A DNA stretch of 64,000 nucleotides from Octopus sinensis (Eukaryota). The stretch covers positions 49,290,001 through 49,354,000 of the forward strand of contig NC_043003.1 of NCBI RefSeq assembly GCF_006345805.1, read 5' to 3'. Shown piece after piece: positions 1 to 12,699 of this stretch (position 1 is its first letter; every line of letters begins with the position of its first letter). The notes beneath the pieces are model-generated. The model was not told the origin of the DNA, searched no databases, and worked only from the letters and a program-made list of their open reading frames with translations. Made by a program: the position numbers and the translations under genes.

Positions 1-74
1 CGGAATTTGAACGTAACGACAGACGAAATACCGCTAAGTATTTCGCCCGGCGCACTAACGTGTCTGCCAGCTCG
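1..74 (-). mobile_element. tRNA-headed SINE family A, 5' head fragment (window edge)
   Basis: Reverse complement of the head seen intact at 63812 (gagctggcaga..cgttag..cgccgggcgaaat..agcggtatttcgtc..gttcaaattcc). Confidence 0.8.
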
Positions 75-347
75 CATCCACGCACACATCATCCCACAAA
101 TATCCGTGCTCGTCTACCGTTTGCACGAAACACTTCTTCATTGTGGTGAATGGCTCTATGTACAAATTCAGGACATCCCACCTCTTCTTAAGACACATTA
201 GGCTGCCATATTTGTGCATCGCATGCTTCCTTTAAGTTCTTCATATTTTAAGACCTTCCTTCCATGAGTCTATTCCATATTGCCTTCTCTAGTCACCGCT
301 AAGTTAACACTTTTTTTTTGTTTTTAGTGAACTCAAGCTGTAAAAAC

Positions 348-517
348 AGGATGTGTTTGTGTCTGTGTTCGTACCCTACCACGCTGCATGACAATCCATG
401 TTGGTTTGGTTACGTTCTCCTAACTTAGCAGTTCGGCGTAAAAGACCGATAGAATAAGTACTGGGGTTGATTCGTACGAGTATAATAATGGCTGCAGTCT
501 AATGACTGAAAGAAACC
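348..517 (+). mobile_element. SINE family B, 3' half (degenerate)
   Basis: taacttagcagttcggc..aaaagaccgatagaataagtact..tgactgaaa matches the tail of the full copies at 11535 and 44594. Confidence 0.7.
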
Positions 518-1127
518 AATCATTAAAAAAAAAAAAGATACCGACCAATTTCACAGGAACGCAGTCAGTTCGTTCTTCCTATTAATTCTGAATACTTACG
601 CTAATTCTTTTTTTTTTTTTTTTTTAGCTTTTGTTTCACTTCGCGTCAAGAATTTCATGCAGACATTAATTGTGAGCGAACTGGTCAAATAAATATTTGA
701 TAATATTCTTTAGTTCTGCTCTCAGTAGTTCTCTTGCCAGTTTAAATCAAACATTATTAGGCATAATAGAACAGTGAAATAATCGTTAGTTGTTAATTCC
801 TTTCAAGGCTTTACAGCTATTTTTGATGTCGGTGTCTCTCTTTCTGTTTTGTCACATTTTATCATAATTTGGTTGATCAGCTTGAGCAATTAAATAACCA
901 TTTCCTCTCTTACTGTATTTCTATAATAAATAACGTGCTGTTAAACAAGAACAGAAGAGAACTAACAATCAAATGATAACACACATACTCACAAACACAC
1001 ACACACACATATTAATACTCGATTTTATGTCGAGTTTTAATAAACTATTTTTACATTAAACTGAAAGATTACGCAGTAGTTTTTATAGAGCGCGTGTTTA
1101 CTATGCTTTTGCAAGTACAGTGGTGAC

Positions 1128-1205
1128 AATGACTTCGTAGTTTCGACCTGCTGCCGTTATCGAACTATCTGATGAAGAGTAACCGCCCGAAACTTGGAGG
1201 CCACT
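1128..1205. ncRNA. Head-to-head pair of degenerate hammerhead-ribozyme motifs
   Basis: + strand: CTGATGA(1169-1175)-a-gagtaaccgccc-GAAAC(1189-1193). - strand: agt-TCGATAA-c-ggc agcag gtc-GAAAC-tacgaa-GTC-att. Same layout as 52296-52368. Confidence 0.5.
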
Positions 1206-1245
1206 GGACTCTACTTTCTTTGAAAAAGTATATGAAATTAACATG

Positions 1246-1288
<43 letters not shown>

Positions 1289-1635
1289 CGTTGCTATTAT
1301 GTTAAACTGTCGTATGTCCAAATTTGGCCAAGTGGGTTTTTTTAAATGTTTATTTTTGCTTCCAGTAGCCGGTTTTTTTTGTCAAACTATCGTATTTCCG
1401 GATGCGAAGGTATTAAAAATTGTCAAAGTGTAGTACAGCGGTTTTGCTATGAAATGGTGAAACTATTCTTTCGTATTCTGAAAAAGCAACGTTTTGTACT
1501 CACGACACTTTTGCATAATAGCAACGAATGCAGGCGTGGCCGTGTGGTAACTGTGCCAGTTCTTTACTCATCATCTATTTATACATCTTGTATAACTTTT
1601 CCATTATATGTCTTTCTTTCAGATTGTTACTTTAC

Positions 1636-1645
1636 ATATATATAT

Positions 1646-1710
<65 letters not shown>
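1636..1710. repeat. (TA)n microsatellite followed by a SINE-B tail (1720-1795)
   Basis: Direct reading; tail is ggcggtgcccagcatggccgca..tgactgaagcaagtaaaagataaaaga. Confidence 0.9.
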
Positions 1711-1714
<4 letters not shown>

Positions 1715-2072
1715 AACGACGCACAAACAAGGCGGTGCCCCAGCATGGCCGCAAACTAATGACTGAAGCAAGTAAAAGATAAAAGATAAAAGAAAAAAGA
1801 TACACATGGAGGCAAGCACAAAATAACATGCTGAGTACCTTCCATACTTTCTATTAAACAGGCGATGCAGATTTCACTTCATATTTCCAGAATCTTGATG
1901 CATTGAAATTGAAATTTAAAATACTTATAATTAGCTTTAATATTCCTATTTCAGCCTATTTATCTGCATGATTATGTCATTTGTATCATTATAGAATCAG
2001 TACGTTTTATAATAGCGCCATTTAAAAATGTGGAAAATATGTACATTGGCATATATTTGATTTACATCTTGA

Positions 2073-2084
2073 ATCTATCTATCA

Positions 2085-2183
<99 letters not shown>
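2073..2183. repeat. (TCTA)n microsatellite, 5' flank of the Tx1-like LINE
   Basis: Direct reading. Confidence 0.95.
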
Positions 2184-2386
2184 GACGGACGTGATGTCAG
2201 TTCGGCTCCGAAGGTAATCGTTCATTTTGACTATCTATAGCCCATATTTTGTGTACATTTTTGTAAATAAGGTGTGTAAGGCACCCAACTTTCGTTTGAG
2301 TGCTTTTCCAAGGGAGGAATTCGCCCCTAGGGGCAGTTTTAACCCTATTTAATTTGTGTAATTTCCTTTTCGACATTTTGAAAATG

Positions 2387-2872
2387 TCGAGAAATTGTAT
2401 TGTAGAACGATGGTCGCGTTTCTCTATTGACCATCATTTTCCTAGTCTGGAAACGCTAGGAGAAAAAAAGAACTTATGCACGCAAAGTGCAAACATAAAT
2501 GATTTTGGAATAAACGCTGCAACCACTTGTAGTAACATCCCTGTCACCACCACCACCTCTAACAAGAACAACAAAGAGACTACTACTGTTACCACCACCG
2601 CCTTCACCACCACCACCACCACCACCACCATCAGCATCGACAACAGCAACAAATACAAAACAAAGGTCGCAACGCCAAGCACCGTCAACACCACCAGTGA
2701 GTCCACCACCAACACCGACAACAACACCATGGCAGTATCTGCTACTAAAACTGCTATCCCTGCTAAAGACATCGCCACCAATAACAATACCAACATCACC
2801 ATCACCGCCACCAAAGACCGTGCCGTCAATGCTGCTAATACCACTAACACCACCGCCGTCACCAAGAACGAC

Positions 2873-2904
<32 letters not shown>

Positions 2905-4687
2905 TTCTATTCAACCACTGCTCACTCCATCACCAACAAATGAAAAAATAACAACGACAACCAAACGAAATGCCGAAATTTGCGCTAATGCAGGACCAAA
3001 TTACGCAGACAATTTTCCACTCCTTGCTAGTTGCATAATCAGCAACCACAAATCTACAACCCACACCCCTGCCATCAACACCAACACCACCGGCAGTAAC
3101 AACAATAACAAAACAACAACAAACTTCGCCGAGGCGATAAAAGAAAAAGTAACAAGAGTTTCGTTTACTGCACAACAAATAAAAGATTGCAGAAACCTTA
3201 TCACCAATGAAAACGGCAAAATACTCTTACACATACCACAACACATACTGAATGAGGAAAAAAGAGAAAACCATTGTGTATAAAATAACAAATAAAACAA
3301 CTAAAAGTCCAGAAAAGGCAAGCACGGACAAAATAGAAAAGTGCCCCATCTGGGGATACAAGGATTATGTGACTTGGGCGCCCAAGTCACATAATCCTTG
3401 TATCCCCAGATGGGGCGTAGGCACTTTTCTATTTTGTCCGTGCTTGCCTTTTCTGGACTTTTAGTTGGTGGTTTTTCAGAATGAAGAGTTGGCGAAGAAA
3501 TTCTCAACGATAACCCTTCATTCTGATGAACTAACGATGACACCGAGTTACCTTGGCCAGAAGGTGACGAAGGTCATTATCAATAATGTCTCCCAAGTAA
3601 CAACCACACTGTGGATAACATCCGCCATAACATCCGAAATGGAGGACTTAAACATCCTAGATATCGCTGTTTCGAAAAACAAGGACTGGCTGGGAAAGAG
3701 AATGGAGTTTCTCTTCCACATAAGTCAAGACGACATCAACAAAATTCCCACCCACGTACATCTTGCGGATGGCCGCAAGTTGTACGTAGTAGTCGAGGGC
3801 AGAACGCCACGATGCTATACATGTGGCAGTGAGGCACACCTCAAAAAGGAGTGCAAATCTGCCGCTAAATTACAACAACAACAACAGCCACAGGAAAAAC
3901 CACAAAAGCCAGCATTATTGCCCACACCACAATATGGACGGCTAATCAAGAAGCTGTATGCAGAAATGCATGAAAAACAACAAATAACAAGCCAACCCAA
4001 CCAAACAACACCAACACAAGCGCCAAGAACAGAATCATCACCACCAACAACAACTAAACCAATTCCAACACCGAGAATAACAACGAAGAAGACAAGCACC
4101 AAGGATGTAGGATAGACAATAACCACAACAACCCCCCCCCCCCCAGCAACACCCTCCCCGCGCACCACAACAATATCTACAACCGCACAAACAGACCCAG
4201 ACGCTTTACCCTTACCCCCTGCTGATTCGTCAGACTTTTCATCTAACGATGAAAGTTCGACAGAATGGCAAATAGCCACAGGGGGTAAAAGAAAAAGATA
4301 AAAAAAAACAAACAAGAAATCGCAACCAAAGCAGGGAGATACCTGAACCCTGAAAACTCCATACACAACCAAACAAGCACCAACACCACAAAAACACACA
4401 CAATGCTATCAGCGATAGACACCAAAGACTCCAAACTAATGGAGTACATCACAGGCTACACAAACATTTGTGAAGATGACTTTAAAAATAGCAATCATCC
4501 ACGCACTACACCACCCAAACACATCAAAATACTACACATCACACAAACTCAACACCACAAACTCAAAGCCCTCTTCCCAAATGTTGTAGGGGGTTTCCAA
4601 AAATATCTCTCCCAGAAACTTTATAAAAACCTCCTCCAAGACACATCAAAGAACGAGGAAGCCAAAACTTTCGACACAAGTAAGTAA
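2387..4687 (+). pseudogene. LINE ORF1 (gag-like nucleic-acid-binding protein), disrupted
   Basis: Pieces 2300-3283, 3465-4115 and 4403-4687; Thr/Asn-rich linker; CX2CX4HX4C knuckle CYTCGSEAHLKKEC near 3814-3855; frameshifts, a stop at 4113 and an inverted duplication at 3298-3467. Start codon uncertain. Confidence 0.8.
3298..3467. repeat. 170-bp near-perfect palindrome (inverted duplication, no spacer, one 6-nt bulge)
   Basis: caactaaaagtcc...gacttgggc|gcccaagtc...ggacttttagttg. The ORF track shows the same peptide KSPEKASTDKIEKC..PIWGYKDYVTWAPK on both strands. Confidence 0.95.
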
Positions 4688-4737
4688 CTCTCTGTACTTT
4701 CCTTTGTGTGTTTTAAAGCACACACCCCAATAGAATC

Positions 4738-7700
4738 ATGGTCAAAATTGGTTGTGTGAATGCGCGTGGCTTGGGGTCTCCTAAATGACATCAAGTCACA
4801 TAATTTGGGAATCATAGCCATAAGTGAGACCAGACTCCACGACATCAAGTCACATAATTTGGGAATCATAGCCATAAGTGAGACCAGACTCCACGAGCCA
4901 CGGGCCCTAAAGTCCATGTTTGGCGGACAGTTTAACATTTATTTCGCTCCCTGTCTGCCGAGGATGGGCGGTAGTGGCACCGCGGTACTTTTTCACAAGA
5001 GCCTGAATCTCGAAGTCAAGACGATATTCGTAGACCCGGAGGGTAGACTGATCGTTCTGGATGTCGACGGCAGCAATGGGTGCGCTTTTCGACTCGTATC
5101 AGTCTACGAACCGCCTTTAACAGGTCGACCGGATTTCTTTCGACGTCTAGAAGTATTTCTGGGAACGTCTCGTCCTTTACTTTTAGTGGGGGATTGGAAT
5201 GCTACCTTGGACACACATCTAGACTATGTGGGGAGAGACAAAAACAGAAAGGGATGCAAATGCCTCAGAGACCTGCTCAGACGATTCCAACTGTCTGACA
5301 GGTACCGACTCGACCACCCAAATGCACCAACGTGGACATGGAGCAACCGCAGTGGGTCGTCGAGATCGTATCTAGATAGGATACTGTGTAGGACAGTAGA
5401 CAAGGATAACTTAGGATGTCCACAATTCCACACAGTCAGCTACACGGATCACAAATTCGTGACGTGTACGCTAGACTTAGATAAGGCACATAGACAGGGT
5501 CCTGGGTACTGGAAACTGAACGCATCATTCCCGTCCAGACAAGTTTTCAGAGACAGAATCAACACGTTAGTAAAAAGGGCTTTAACGGAGCCATTGTCAA
5601 CAACAAATGGTGGTTCGCCCTCAACAGAGCAGTAAAAGCGGAAGCAATTAGATATAGCAAGGCACTAGCCGTAGATAGAAATAGAGTAGAGGGTGAGTTA
5701 GTTAAGAAGTTAGAAGAGGCAATAAGAAGTGGCATCACATCCGACGTTTTAGCGGCGAGGTTGGCCCTTGAACAACACTTCAACGCCAAACACGAAGGGT
5801 GTGCTGTCAGGGCTAGGATGCGTGCTCTAAGGATGGAAGGTGTTGGAGCCGCGAGGGAGGCCCGGGTGGCGGAGGCGCAGCAGGGCAACAAAGCCACCAT
5901 TCGGTCTCTGGTAGATGAACAGGGGCGCGAATTGCTCGAGCCCAGCAAGATGTGCGAGACATTTCAGCGGCACTTTGCCCGACTGTACGGGACGAGTGGT
6001 GAGCGTGAACGCAGGGTGGACGGCAAGAGAGGCAGAGTGCTGCGAAGGTGCCATCACGGCGGCGGATGTGCAGGACGCGATGGCAGAATGCTCGAGAGAC
6101 AAATCGCCTGGTTTGGATGGTCTGCCCTACGAGTTTTACAATTGTATGCCAGACTTGTTTGGAGACGTCTTGGCAGCGGTATACTGCAACTGGCAGCAAA
6201 ACGGGAGCATACCCGGTTTTGTGAGTCGAGGAGCTGTAACTCTGCTGAAGAAAGATCCAAACAAGGGGAACATTATAGATAACTTTAGACCAATCACTCT
6301 GCTCAATGCAGACCTGAAAATTTTGACAAAGGTGTTAGCCAAGAGGTTGGCGCTTGTCATCGAGAAACTGGTCGACAACGCACAAACGTGTGCCGTGCCG
6401 GGCCGGAGCATCCATGACAACCTCCATCTGATGCGCTACATCATAGACAGGGTAGTTAACGAACCTGGCATGGGTGGGGTCCTGATCAACTTGGATCAAT
6501 CGAAAGCCTTCGATAGGGTAGACCATCGATACTTGGAGGCAGTCCTGAGAGCGGCTGGTTTCGGTCCCGTCTTCCGCGGCTGGATAGCTGCCTTGTACAG
6601 AGGCATCCGTTCGGTAATTCGCGTAAATGGACATCTATCGAGACCTTTCGACATTGCACGTTCGGTCCGTCAGGGATGCCCCCTCTCGGCGCTTCTATAC
6701 GTATTGACTCTTGAGCCACTACTGCGGAAGCTAGCGACTCTGAGGGGCATCCCGCGAGAATTGGGATGCGGGACGAGCGTGTCTGCATACGCGGACGACG
6801 TCACCGTCATAGCGTCAAGCCACGAGCACATCGAGCGGGTCGGTGAGACACTGAAAGACTACGAAGCGGTGACAGGAGCAAAAATCAACCGGGAAAAGTC
6901 AGTGGGCTTGCGGCTCGGCACCTGGAGAAGCAAACCCATGTCGTCCACCAGTACCTCCGTCGTGGGACGCTGGACAGACGGCCCGGTTAAGTTGCTCGGG
7001 GTCTGGTTCGGTCCGGACCTCCAAATGGAGAAGAACTGGAACGAGATAACGAGTAGGGTGGTCACTCTCGCCCAGCAATGGGCCGAGAGGAAACTGTCCC
7101 TAAAAGGTCGGGCAGAGGTGGCCAACGCGTACATCGCGTCCATCATCTACTACTGCCTGACCGTCATACCTTGTCCCGACCCTACCATCACCAAACTAGA
7201 ACGCATTCTCTTCCGCTTCTTGTGGAAAGGATGCGTCCCGATGGTCAGGCGATCCATTTGCTGTCAACACCCGTTAAAAGGAGGGCTGGGCATGCCGTGG
7301 TTGATGATGCGCAGACACGCTCTGAGACTGCGACATCTCAGGCTCTATGTAGACGACGGTGAACAGGTGTGGTCGCCGTTTGTGAGGCACGCTTTCCCGC
7401 AGCTCGTCTCCATGACCGAACTGCAGTCGTGGATCAAAAAGAGGCCGAGGAAGGGCGAATGGCACCGCGAGTGTCGCGTTGCTCTCAAGCAACTCTGCCG
7501 TCCCGGGTCGACCTTGAGTGACTTCAACACAACCAAAGCATTCTATAGGGGATTAGTGGAGGGGAGGTACGACGACGATCTTGGGGGCAAACCTGGACGT
7601 CGACGAGGAATACCTGACCCGCCTGTTTCAAACGACTTTCGGCCCGGGACCTATGGATAACTTCCAGAGATCCCTGGCCTGGCGGTGCTACCGAGAAGCG

Positions 7701-8174
7701 CTACCCGTTCGGGATAAGCTCTATAGGCATGGCTCGAGAAACACGGGGCCGACCTGCCCGAGATGCGGGCAGAGTGACGAAACCGCTCTGCACGCAATCG
7801 TGCAGTGTCCAGCAATTTCCGACCTGTGGAATTATGTCGAACGACTGCTGTCACGTGTGGGACGTGTCGGTTTATCAGCCGAGTCAATCGTTAATATCGT
7901 CACGCCTCCTTCCTTCAAACGGGAAGGAAGAGCTATTTTTATCATACTTATGGCTATGGCGAAAGAATGTATCTGGTGTACGCGCCTGAAAGGATTAGAG
8001 ACAAACACTTTCCTCTGTGGTCAATCTCTCATCAACTTCTTCAAGTATCACTTGAAGAGGAAAGTGAGAGTAGAGAGGCAAGTTTTGTCTAGTGAATGTT
8101 TTAAAAAAAGATGTGTGAATGTAGCAAGGATGGCACGTATGAATGACGAAGCCACCTTGACTATGATTCTATGA
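4738..8174 (+). pseudogene. LINE ORF2: AP-endonuclease, reverse transcriptase and CCHC zinc knuckle, frameshifted
   Basis: MVKIGCVNARG, IIAISETRL, VGDWNATL, SYLDRI, TDHK (APE). SPGLDGLPYEFY, NFRPITLLNADLKIL, LDQSKAFDRVDH, SVRQGCPLS, YADD (RT). CPRCGQSDETALHAIVQC. Frameshifts near 4780, 5590, 6020 and 7590. Confidence 0.93.
4787..4894 (+). repeat. Exact 54-bp in-frame tandem duplication in the APE domain
   Basis: gacatcaagtcacataatttgggaatcatagccataagtgagaccagactccac x2 (DIKSHNLGIIAISETRLH x2). Confidence 0.95.
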
Positions 8175-8514
8175 ACCGTAAAAATTAATACAGAGAGTTG
8201 CTTATTTGCAAAAAAAAAAAAAGAAATATAACGTGACTTCATTGACCGAGGTTACCGTGGTCTTTTCCGTAGGCTTTTCTTTCCACGGGTAAACCTCACC
8301 TGTCCTCCCCTTTACACTTCATATTGACATTTCTGTGATAACGATCCCTATTGATCAATTCCCCCCCTTTTTTTAACCCCCCCTTTTTTGTCCTCTTTCT
8401 TTCCTTTTACGATCCCTTTTGATCGAAACCCCCCCTTTTTTTACCCCAAAAGAAAAGCTCTACCTTGTAATTTGTTCTATCTGTGTGCAGCCCTGTGTGG
8501 CTAATAAAGAAACA

Positions 8515-8942
<428 letters not shown>

Positions 8943-9693
8943 TGTTCAAATCCATGCCTGCACGAATCTTCGCTATGAGTTTCTCGTTTCCGGTGCAAGG
9001 ATATACAGTCGTCCTTGTACTGTATTTATAAGCGAGGGTTTAGATTCTATTTAACATATTTCATTCAATTTACAAGTGAGTTCTAGCCCAAAATATACTC
9101 GTAGACGAATGCGTATATCATGTAGAAAATCATGTGTGTACACATATACTGAGAATGGTATAAATCTACTGTGTGAGTACATAGCTGTGTGTGTATTTCT
9201 GAGTGTGAGAATACGCCGGGCAGATAAGTCGTTTATGCAGACCACTGACAAAGCCTGTACTCACACAAAAGGCACGTATAAAGGCATTAAATTATTTCCA
9301 ATTAATTGCTGATTTCTTAATTCCCTTAAGAGTGATACCCCTTGCTGATATCGATATTATTTTAATGAGTGATCTGTGTTGACCAGCTGGACGAGTATGC
9401 TCCGCCCGCCATCTTTATCAAATTACGTGGTGTTGTTTTATATTCTTTTATATCAAAATGGTTTGCTAAAGTTGTATATGCTGCAGCTTGTGTCGAAACT
9501 TGTAGTTTCAATAAGTTTGGCATTTGTCGACCGAATTCCACGCCCCTCACATGCATACATATTATATATGTACGCATGTAGGCGGATTGTACTCACACAC
9601 ACGTACTTTATGAGAGAGAAGAGAGAGAGACATGACTGTATCGAAGCGCAGGCGTGGCTACGTGGGGGAAGAGGTGTGGCTATGTGTGAGTGC

Positions 9694-10053
9694 AGACGTG
9701 ACCGTGTGGTAAAAAGCTTGTTTCCCAACCATATGGTTCCGGATTCAGTCCCACTATGTGGTACCTGGGACAAGAGACCACAAAAGCCTTATGAGTAAAT
9801 TTGGTAGACGGAAACTGAAAGTAGCCCGCCGTATATATATACCTATCTATGTGTGTATGTCATCATATGTGATTTTTCCTACAATAGCTTGCTAACCGGC
9901 GGTGGTGTGTTTGCGTCAACGTAAGTTAGTTATTCGGCAAAAGAGACCGATAGAATAGGTAGCAGGCTTTAAAAAAAAACATGATTCGATTAAAATTCTT
10001 CAAGGCGGTGCTCCAGTATGGCCGCAATGTATTAACTGAAACAAGTAAAAGAT
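9694..10053 (+). mobile_element. SINE family B (tRNA head + CORE-like + tail), internally deleted
   Basis: gtgtggtaaaaagcttg..ggattcagtcccact..gtagacggaaactgaaag..ggcggtgctccagtatggccgc..gaaacaagtaaaaga. Confidence 0.8.
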
Positions 10054-10557
10054 AGATTTTTAGGAGAGTGTTGTGTATGTGGGTGTGTGAGTGAGTCTGT
10101 ACATGTGCATTTATGTATGTATGCACTTGAAACAGCATTAGATTAATATACTAGCTTGTATAGTATGTGTAATATGCAAATAAATATGGAACAGCGTTTA
10201 GTGTAACATTTTGTCTGAGAGAGACCCCTCAAAGAGACTTATATATTTAAACCACTGGGTTTCGTTCACAACGCTGGCGAACCATGGCGAAATTTAGCAC
10301 CAAATAGACGCCTGATTTTGCTTTAAATTTCGAAACCGGTACCAGGTTGACCAGCATTTACATGTTCTAACCCATTTCAGGTAAGACATTATTATTGTTC
10401 ACTGATATGTTTTCCTGTCTTGTCTGTAATAGATTTGTGACTATTCGGTGGTACAGAAGTATTTTTTTGACTTCTATCATTAGAATATACGTACTCATGT
10501 AGTACCCTATGTACATATCTAATATTGTATGCATATATATATATATATTATATATAT

Positions 10558-10602
<45 letters not shown>

Positions 10603-10604
10603 TG

Positions 10605-10912
10605 CGACGGGCTTCTTCAGTTTCTGTCTACCAAATCCACTCACAGGCATTGGTCAACCCGAAGCTATAGTAGAAGACATTTGCCCAAAGTGACATGCAG
10701 TAGGACTGAACCACAAGGGGCTAAACAAGGACAAACAAGGGCACACAAAGGGATTAAGTCGATTACATCGACCTCAGTACGTATTTGGTACTTAATTTAT
10801 CGACCCCGAAAGGATGAAAGGTAAAGTCGATCTTGGCGGAATTTGAACTCAGAACGTAGCGGCAGACGACATACCGCTAAGCATTTCGCCCGGCGTGCCA
10901 ACGTTTCTGCCA
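10605..10912 (-). mobile_element. Chimeric SINE: family A head and body fused to family B CORE-like body
   Basis: 10715-10912 matches family A (cf. 63812-64000); 10605-10714 matches the family B body (ttcagtcc..actttgggcaaatgtcttctactatag..gaagaagcccgtcg). Confidence 0.75.
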
Positions 10913-11259
10913 TCCCGTCACAAGCTTCTTACCACACATCCACTTCCATATATATATGTATTTATATATACATATATATACATGTATATATACGGGTGTG
11001 TGTGATTGTGATTGTGTCAAAAATTGGGAAGCATGACTGTCACCACTACTACATGAACCTGAAGATTGCAGAATTTAATGCATGAAAGTACTAGTTCAAT
11101 CAGAATGAACATTTAACATTCTACTATTTTATTTTATTCTATTATATTATCTTACATTATATCATTATAAGATTGTAAATAAAACGTGAAAATCAGACAA
11201 GATTGGAATTTCTTTTATTAATATACATGTATATGTGTGTGTGTATGTGTGTGTGTGTG

Positions 11260-11315
<56 letters not shown>

Positions 11316-11534
11316 AAGTTTGACACATCTACTTCAACAAACTCTATACTGACATCGAGTGAGGTTGTGAGATCAGATTTGTTTTCTAAGCAGAAATATT
11401 TCTTGACCGCATAAAAATTTCTGAGTCATTTCGACATCTGTTATTGGCTGTGTGGCAAGACGTTAACTCCCAAACCACATAATTCCACGCTCAATCCCGC
11501 TACTTTGCAACATAGACGATGAAAGAATATGAAC

Positions 11535-11944
11535 GGGGTGGCTGTGTGGTAAGTAGCTTGTTCACTAACCACATAGTTCCGGGTTCAGTCCCACTGCGTG
11601 GCACCTTGGACAGGTGTCTTCCTACTATAGCCTCGGTCCGACCAAAGCCTTGTGAGTGGATTTGGTAGACGGAAACTGAAAGAAGCCCGTCGTATATATA
11701 TATACATATATATATGCGTGTGTGTGTTTGTGTGTCTGTGTTTGTCCCTCTAGCATTGCTTGACAACCGATGCTGGTGTGTTTATGTCCCCGTTACTTAG
11801 CGGTTCGGCAAAAGAGACCGATAGAATAAGGACTGGGCTTACAAAAGAATAAGTGCCGGGGTCTAGTTGATCGATTAAAGGCGGTGCTCCAGCATGGCCG
11901 CAGTCAAATGACTGAAACAAGTAAAAGAGTAAAAGAATAAAAGA
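11535..11944 (+). mobile_element. SINE family B, full length
   Basis: A-box-like tggctgtgtgg, B-box-like gggttcagtcc, CORE-like accttggacaggtgtctt, internal (TA)/(TG), tail ggcggtgctccagcatggccgcagtcaaatgactgaaacaag(TAAAAGA)n. Confidence 0.9.
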
Positions 11945-12480
11945 GGAGTGGGGTGGGAATCCGAAGACGTGTATATTAATACTTTCAAACCAGTTGATAA
12001 ATGTACCCATGAATCTAGTTGGCTTTCTAATATTATTGATCGTATTTTGCTGATTAGCTCTATCTGTTTTAGTTCGATTAATTAGGTTACGTTTTGAGTT
12101 AGAGACAAACAATTTTCATCGTAGACTTGTTATGCATTCCTCACGCTTAGATACATATGGTAACTCTATCTAATTTCAATTTCTTAACAATATATTTTCT
12201 AAGTAGCTATGTTATCATAAGTATGTGGCTAGTCTTTCTGTAATTGTTTCTGATGTTCAAAAGTAGACGTGTGTATGTGCTATTTTACACTTTGTGTAAA
12301 GCTATTGGTTTTGTGGAAGAAAATGAAAAAAACATTCTTAGTTGTTTTGACACGCTTAAAGTCACAAATAATTTTATTTCTGCACACACACACACACTCG
12401 CGCGCGCGCACACACACACAACGCCATACACACACTCACACACACCACACACACACACCACACCACACACACACACACAC

Positions 12481-12513
<33 letters not shown>

Positions 12514-12647
12514 GACGGTCTTCTTTCAGTCTCCGACTATCAAATCTACTCACAAGGTATTGATCGGCCCGAAGCTATAGCACAAGACACTTGCCCAAGG
12601 TGTCACGCGGTGGGACTGAACCCGGAATGGTGTGGTTGGTCAGCAAG

Positions 12648-12650
<3 letters not shown>
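12514..12650 (-). mobile_element. SINE family B, 5' half
   Basis: Reverse complement of the head/CORE of the 11535 copy. Confidence 0.8.
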
Positions 12651-12685
<35 letters not shown>

Positions 12686-12699
12686 TAGTTGGAAAATAA

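Larger units (their letters stand above)
2184..8513 (+). mobile_element. Full-length, disabled L1/Tx1-clade non-LTR retrotransposon
   Basis: 5'UTR, then gag-like ORF1 with a CCHC knuckle, ORF2 (APE + RT + C-terminal CCHC), a pyrimidine-rich 3'UTR ending AATAAA(8503-8508)GAAAC, with (TCTA)n on both sides. Confidence 0.92.

Noticed and set aside
2434-2914. Val/Leu-rich antisense ORFs over LINE ORF1
   Set aside because: Mirror of the ACC/AAC-rich low-complexity linker on the sense strand.
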